From an uncultured Bacilli bacterium (GTDB taxonomy: Bacteria > Bacillota_I > Bacilli_A > RF39 > UBA660), in the NCBI GenBank assembly GCA_947629235.1, contig CANRCX010000006.1:1-62188 (forward strand): a stretch of DNA of 62,188 nt, in the 5' to 3' direction. Under the pieces are notes generated by a model. That model did no database searches and was not told the DNA's origin. It worked only from the letters and a program-made list of their open reading frames with translations. Below are positions 57,563-62,188 of the stretch, in pieces. Position 1 is the first letter of the stretch. Every line of letters starts with the position of its first letter. The position numbers were made by a program, and so were the translations under genes.

Positions 57563-58896
57563 TTTTTATCTACTCCTTTTACATTTGCATTAATTTTACC
57601 ATTTTTTACCATTATATTAATTTCATCATCTTTTTTAAGTTTACTTACATCTTTAATAATTTCATTATCTTTATATACTATTGAATATCCTTTATCAAGT
57701 ATACTTTCTGGATTTAATAATTCTAATTTTAATTTTAAAGTATTTATTTTATTAATATTATTTTCTAAATTTTTATTAGTTAATTTTATAATATTATCTT
57801 TAAGTAAATTTATTTTTTGACCCTTTATTTCATATAAAACTTTAGGATTATTTAGTATATAATTTGATTTATATTTATCTATTATATGTTTATAGTTATC
57901 TAAATAATTATTAATATAATTATTTAATCTATCATATAAATTATCTATTTTCTGTATTTTTACTTCATATAATCTTGTTGGATTATTTAATATATAATTT
58001 GATTTATATTTATTTAAAAGTTGAGTATAACCATATATAACATTATCAATAGATGTATGACATCTTTGCATTGCATTTTTAAAGTATCTTCTTACTTCTT
58101 CTATATCTGGTGTTGCAAGTAAGGCTGCTCCGGTTGGAGTTGGTGCTCTTAAATCTGCAACAAAATCACTAATAGTAAAATCTATTTCATGACCTACACC
58201 ACTTATTATAGGTATTCTACTTTTATAAATTGCACGTGCAACTATTTCTTCATTAAATGCCCATAAATCTTCAATAGATCCACCACCACGACCTAATATA
58301 ATTGTATCTATATCATCAAATGTATTAGCAAGTTCTATCATTCTAACTATATTCTCAGCAGCATTTTCACCTTGAACTAATGTTGGAAATAAATATATTT
58401 CTGTCATTGGAAATCTTTTATTAATAGTAGATATTATATCTCTTACAGCAGCTCCAGTTCTAGCAGTTATAACTCCTATTTTTCTTGGAACTCTTTTTAT
58501 TTTTTGTTTATGTTCTTTATCAAATAAACCTTCTTTAGAAAGTTTTTTCTTTAATTCTTCAAATAATACATAAAGATTACCAATACCATCTAAACTCATA
58601 TCATCTACATATATTTGATAACTTCCACCTACTTCATATACCCCAACTCTTCCATGAACTAAAACAAAGTCTCCATCTTTTGGAGTATAATTAGTAAGTA
58701 TTCTTGCATAATTAAACATAACTGCATTTATTTTACTAGATTCATCTTTTAATGAAAAATATAAGTGTCCCCTTCCATGAAATTTAAGATTACTAATTTC
58801 ACCTTTTAAATATACACTTCTTAATTCTTCATTACCTTCAACAGTATATTTAATTATTTTATTAATATCTGTTACACTTAGATATTCATTATTCAT
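57559..58896 (-). CDS. xseA: exodeoxyribonuclease VII large subunit
   Basis: GEISN, GHLYFSLKD, RGGGSIEDLWAFN, RAPTPTGAA. Confidence 0.97.
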   Translation of the reverse strand: MNNEYLSVTDINKIIKYTVEGNEELRSVYLKGEISNLKFHGRGHLYFSLKDESSKINAVMFNYARILTNYTPKDGDFVLVHGRVGVYEVGGSYQIYVDDMSLDGIGNLYVLFEELKKKLSKEGLFDKEHKQKIKRVPRKIGVITARTGAAVRDIISTINKRFPMTEIYLFPTLVQGENAAENIVRMIELANTFDDIDTIILGRGGGSIEDLWAFNEEIVARAIYKSRIPIISGVGHEIDFTISDFVADLRAPTPTGAALLATPDIEEVRRYFKNAMQRCHTSIDNVIYGYTQLLNKYKSNYILNNPTRLYEVKIQKIDNLYDRLNNYINNYLDNYKHIIDKYKSNYILNNPKVLYEIKGQKINLLKDNIIKLTNKNLENNINKINTLKLKLELLNPESILDKGYSIVYKDNEIIKDVSKLKKDDEINIMVKNGKINANVKGVDKK

Positions 58897-59299
58897 TTGT
58901 ATCCTCATTATCTCTTATTTTATCTAAAACAGCATTTATTAATTTAACGATTTTATCATCACTATATTTTTTAGCAAGTTCTATTGCTTCATTAATTACA
59001 ACTACTTTTGGTGTATCATAATACATCATTTCATAAGATGCGAGTCTTAATATAGCTTTATCAGTTTTACCAAGTCTATCTAAATCCCAATTTTCTAAAT
59101 ATTTAGAAATTATTTTATCTATATTATCTATATTTTCTAAAACACCATTTACTATATCTCTTACAAATTTATTATCTATTTCTAAATTTTCTTTAAATAC
59201 ATCTTCTAAATCAAATGAAATATCATTTTTTATATAAAAATCTATTTGATATAAAATAATCATTATTTTTTCTCTTGCTTCTGTTCTAGTTAACTTCAT
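58889..59299 (-). CDS. nusB: transcription antitermination factor NusB
   Basis: W.LDRL...DKAILRL, VVINEAIELAK.Y, INAVLD. Confidence 0.96.
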   Translation of the reverse strand: MKLTRTEAREKIMIILYQIDFYIKNDISFDLEDVFKENLEIDNKFVRDIVNGVLENIDNIDKIISKYLENWDLDRLGKTDKAILRLASYEMMYYDTPKVVVINEAIELAKKYSDDKIVKLINAVLDKIRDNEDTNE

Positions 59300-59374
59300 A
59301 AATTGCCTCCTAAAAATACTATTAAAATTATAACATTAAAATAATAAAAAAGATATTATTTTTTAATACCTTTA

Positions 59375-59782
59375 TTATTTTTTTAATTTTAAACTATTAT
59401 TCTTTTTTTCTTCTGCATGTGCACATAAATTACTTCTATATATAAAATCACAAAGTAATTTATAATATTCTTTATTTAAATTTTTCTTTTTAATTTCATC
59501 ATATGAATTTATTACTTCTTCTATACTGCATTCTTGAAAGTTATCAATATCAATTTTTATACCTTTTGGAAGAACAATATTTTTAGTTTTTGGACTAAAT
59601 ATTACTTTTTCATTTGTATATTCTTCAATATAAATATTATCTGTAAATTGTTTAAAATATATTTTATTTAATACATCTTCACTCTTTAATTCATAATATT
59701 TTTCTTCTACAGTTTTATCCTTATCATTAGTTTGCCAAAACCAACTATTATCTAAATATAATCTAAAATATTTTCTTTTCAT
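59375..59782 (-). CDS. hypothetical protein (C-terminus NSLKLKK)
   Basis: AAAGGAGG RBS before MKRKYF; TTGACA-type promoter upstream. Confidence 0.65.
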   Translation of the reverse strand: MKRKYFRLYLDNSWFWQTNDKDKTVEEKYYELKSEDVLNKIYFKQFTDNIYIEEYTNEKVIFSPKTKNIVLPKGIKIDIDNFQECSIEEVINSYDEIKKKNLNKEYYKLLCDFIYRSNLCAHAEEKKNNSLKLKK

Positions 59783-59859
59783 AATAAATCCTCCTTTTTT
59801 TCTTAAAGCTATCATATTTTATTACTAATTTTAATATGTGTCAAGAAAAACAAAAAAAA

Positions 59860-60483
59860 TCATAAATTTTTATGACTTTCTTTACAAATATTTTTTAAAT
59901 TACAATTTTCACATTTTGGTTTTTTACTAGTACAATAATATCTTCCAAATAAAACCATTTGAGAATTTATTCTATTCCAATCATTTTCATCAAAATATTT
60001 TTTTAATTTTATTTCTGTTTTTAATACATCATCTTTTTTATTAGTAATTCCAAATCTTTTAGAAACTCTATATACATGAGTATCTACTGCAAAAGATGGT
60101 ATATTAAATAATGTTGCTAGAACTACACTAGCTGTTTTTCTACCAACACCACTCATACTTTCTAATACTTCTCTATCATTTGGAACACTTCCACCAAGAG
60201 AAATTAATTCACTTACTATATTTTTAAAATTTTTTGATTTAGTAGTGTGTAAACCAATTCTTTTAATATAATTATTAATTTCATCTATACTTAATTCATT
60301 TAATTTTTCTAATGTATCATATTTTTCATATAATTCTTTAGTTGCTATATTTACACTTTTATCAGTAGTTTGAGCAGATAACATAACAGATAATAAAAGT
60401 TCATAATCTTTTTTATATTCAAGTTCACATTTAGGATTTGGAAATAATCTATTAAGTTCATTAATTATTAAATCTTTATTCAT
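59860..60483 (-). CDS. nth: endonuclease III
   Basis: LSAQTTD, GVGRKTA, VDTHV, C-x6-C-x2-C-x5-C. Confidence 0.97.
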   Translation of the reverse strand: MNKDLIINELNRLFPNPKCELEYKKDYELLLSVMLSAQTTDKSVNIATKELYEKYDTLEKLNELSIDEINNYIKRIGLHTTKSKNFKNIVSELISLGGSVPNDREVLESMSGVGRKTASVVLATLFNIPSFAVDTHVYRVSKRFGITNKKDDVLKTEIKLKKYFDENDWNRINSQMVLFGRYYCTSKKPKCENCNLKNICKESHKNL

Positions 60484-61081
60484 CACTATCAAGCCACCAA
60501 TCATAACTATCTAATATTTCTGTATCATTTTTTTCTTCTTTTTCTACTCTTTTTTTAATACCTTTTTTATTCCAATCATATATTATTTTATCTATATATT
60601 TAAAGCTTCTTACATTATTTAATATTGCTTCTTTTAAAGCTGACTTAATAGTATCTTCACTTACTCCATTATCTATCCATTTATTAATCATTTCATATTC
60701 AAAAGAAGATAATACACGACCAAGTTCACGTTCAAATATAGCAAATATATCACTATCTTTTTCTTCAGTTTTTTTATTTAATGCAAGTCTATCATATAAA
60801 GAATCTAATTTTACTTTCTCAATAACTTCTTTGTTTTTATTTATAACTTCCATTTCAATATATTTTTTATTTAATAAACTATTAAAAGTATTAAAGACTT
60901 TATCATCACTAAATCCTAATTTTTCTTTAATATCTTCTGTGTCTAAAAAACAAGACACATTAATAAAATATAACACTAATAAAAATTCATCTAATGTTAT
61001 ATCTATATTACTTATACATTTTATAATATTGCTATTAATTACAAAATCTTTACTTTCAAATATTTTTCTTAAATCACTCAT
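60476..61081 (-). CDS. dnaD: DnaD family replication protein
   Basis: FERELGRVLS..E, ALKEA, YIDKIIYDW; precedes nth. Confidence 0.92.
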   Translation of the reverse strand: MSDLRKIFESKDFVINSNIIKCISNIDITLDEFLLVLYFINVSCFLDTEDIKEKLGFSDDKVFNTFNSLLNKKYIEMEVINKNKEVIEKVKLDSLYDRLALNKKTEEKDSDIFAIFERELGRVLSSFEYEMINKWIDNGVSEDTIKSALKEAILNNVRSFKYIDKIIYDWNKKGIKKRVEKEEKNDTEILDSYDWWLDSDE

Positions 61082-61083
61082 AA

Positions 61084-62136
61084 TTATAAATTCCTTAGAT
61101 AATATTCTATATCATCTTTATTATTTTGTAAATAGCCTTCCATTATACTTCTTTGTACTTGATAATAAACTTTTTTTACATCTTTTACATTTATATATTT
61201 TAAGAATGTATAAATATCAATATCTAAATCTACTATGTTTTTTAACTTTAAAATTTCAATTAAAGACTTCATTTGTTCTTCTACACCTAAAATTGATGCT
61301 ACATTGTAAAGTATTACATTATCATATTCAGGTATTTGATTTAAAAATATACCTTTTTCATTTACTATTCTTTTAATGGTATTTATTATTTCTAATTCCT
61401 TTTTAGAAAATGGTAAATCCGCTTCTATTTGAGCCCATATTCCATATCTATTATATGTAGGTACAACTTTATCAAATTTAATATTAAAATATTTTTCCAT
61501 ATTATACTTTTCAACTAAATAAAAGAATTTTTTAATATTATTACTATCAAATATTTTATCAAGTTCACTCTTTTTATATTCTTTTGGTACTTCATTTAAT
61601 AAATATGCTTTTTTATTTGCTATAAAATTTATAATATCTGGATGTAATTCAAAATCTAAAGTACATGAAAATCTAATTGCTCTTATAATTCTAGTTTTAT
61701 CTTCAGTTAATTTTTTATCAGTATTACCTACTACTCTTAATATTTTACTATCTAAATCTTTTTTAGCATCTAAAAAATCTATTAATTTTCCATGTTGATC
61801 AATAGCAAATGTATTAATAGTAAAATCTCTTCTTAATAAATCTTCTTTAAAAGTTTTTGCTTCTTTTATTTCTACTGGTTTATTTCTTCTATATCTAATT
61901 TCTTTTCTGTATGTTGTAATATCATATGAGTATCCATCTTCTTCAATATGGTATGCAAAATATTCTTTAAAAGCTTTTCCTCTTCCTTTAAATATTTTCA
62001 TTATTTCGTTAATTGGAGCATTAGTACAAATATCAATATCTTTTGATGGTATACCAAGTAAGTAGTCTCTTACATAACCACCTACTATATATGCTTCATA
62101 ACCATTATTAATCAATTCATTTACTATATCATTCAT
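61084..62136 (-). CDS. cca: CCA tRNA nucleotidyltransferase
   Basis: AYIVGGYVRD, DIDI, DLLRRDFTIN, ED.TRIIRAIRF. Confidence 0.9.
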   Translation of the reverse strand: MNDIVNELINNGYEAYIVGGYVRDYLLGIPSKDIDICTNAPINEIMKIFKGRGKAFKEYFAYHIEEDGYSYDITTYRKEIRYRRNKPVEIKEAKTFKEDLLRRDFTINTFAIDQHGKLIDFLDAKKDLDSKILRVVGNTDKKLTEDKTRIIRAIRFSCTLDFELHPDIINFIANKKAYLLNEVPKEYKKSELDKIFDSNNIKKFFYLVEKYNMEKYFNIKFDKVVPTYNRYGIWAQIEADLPFSKKELEIINTIKRIVNEKGIFLNQIPEYDNVILYNVASILGVEEQMKSLIEILKLKNIVDLDIDIYTFLKYINVKDVKKVYYQVQRSIMEGYLQNNKDDIEYYLRNL

Positions 62137-62188
62137 AATTATAATAATACCACAATATAAATTTAAAGTCATTATTTTTTACATAAAA

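Noticed and set aside
57840..58015. Duplicated KYKSNYILNNP in xseA
   Set aside because: Repeated helical segments are normal in the XseA C-terminal region.
283..61376. Opposite-strand or alternate-frame ORFs in the track (e.g. 283-546, 2995-3210, 4696-4965, 13610-13810, 13904-14215, 16530-16730, 16824-17087, 20174-20464, 35779-36240, 40298-40612, 52265-52633, 53576-53903, 60831-61376)
   Set aside because: They are shadows of well-supported genes, with no recognisable motifs and antisense-type composition.
1..62188. Mycoplasma-type TGA=Trp recoding
   Set aside because: Conserved genes are full length under code 11, and TGA ends genes such as spoVAD, nth and the PCAT.

Overview
Very AT-rich chromosomal segment (genetic code 11) from a genome-reduced, probably spore-forming member of the Bacilli. 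An uncultured RF39-like lineage is my inference from gene content and style. The backbone is housekeeping (tsf, rpsB, rpsU, recU-ponA, polC, lysS, scpAB, tig, greA, trmR/trhP, mltG, ruvX, trpS, uppS, mgtE, xseAB, nusB, nth, dnaD, cca) plus sporulation genes (spoIVA, spoVAC/D/E, spoIVB) and one tRNA-Glu(CTC). About ten orphan genes are scattered among these, mostly monocistronic. Several look like toxins or effectors: an HNH-like nuclease, a DarT-like ADP-ribosyltransferase, a kinase-like protein, and two single-domain Clp AAA+ proteins that share an 873-bp near-identical module. These orphans end in a similar hydrophobic-Leu-Lys C-terminal tail. The window also encodes a Cys-rich protein with a VirB2/TrbC-like pilin C-terminus and a type IV pilin, so the orphans may be substrates of an undescribed export system (hypothesis). 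Other highlights: a DUF3800 gene facing a structured ~100-nt RNA with its own promoter; a Lys T-box with atypical architecture and an orphan gene between it and lysS; a C39 peptidase-ABC transporter with two double-glycine peptides (one missing from the ORF track) and an upstream motif shared with another gene; and a degenerate IspH fused to a polyprenyl synthase. All calls come from reading motifs by eye. No searches were run.
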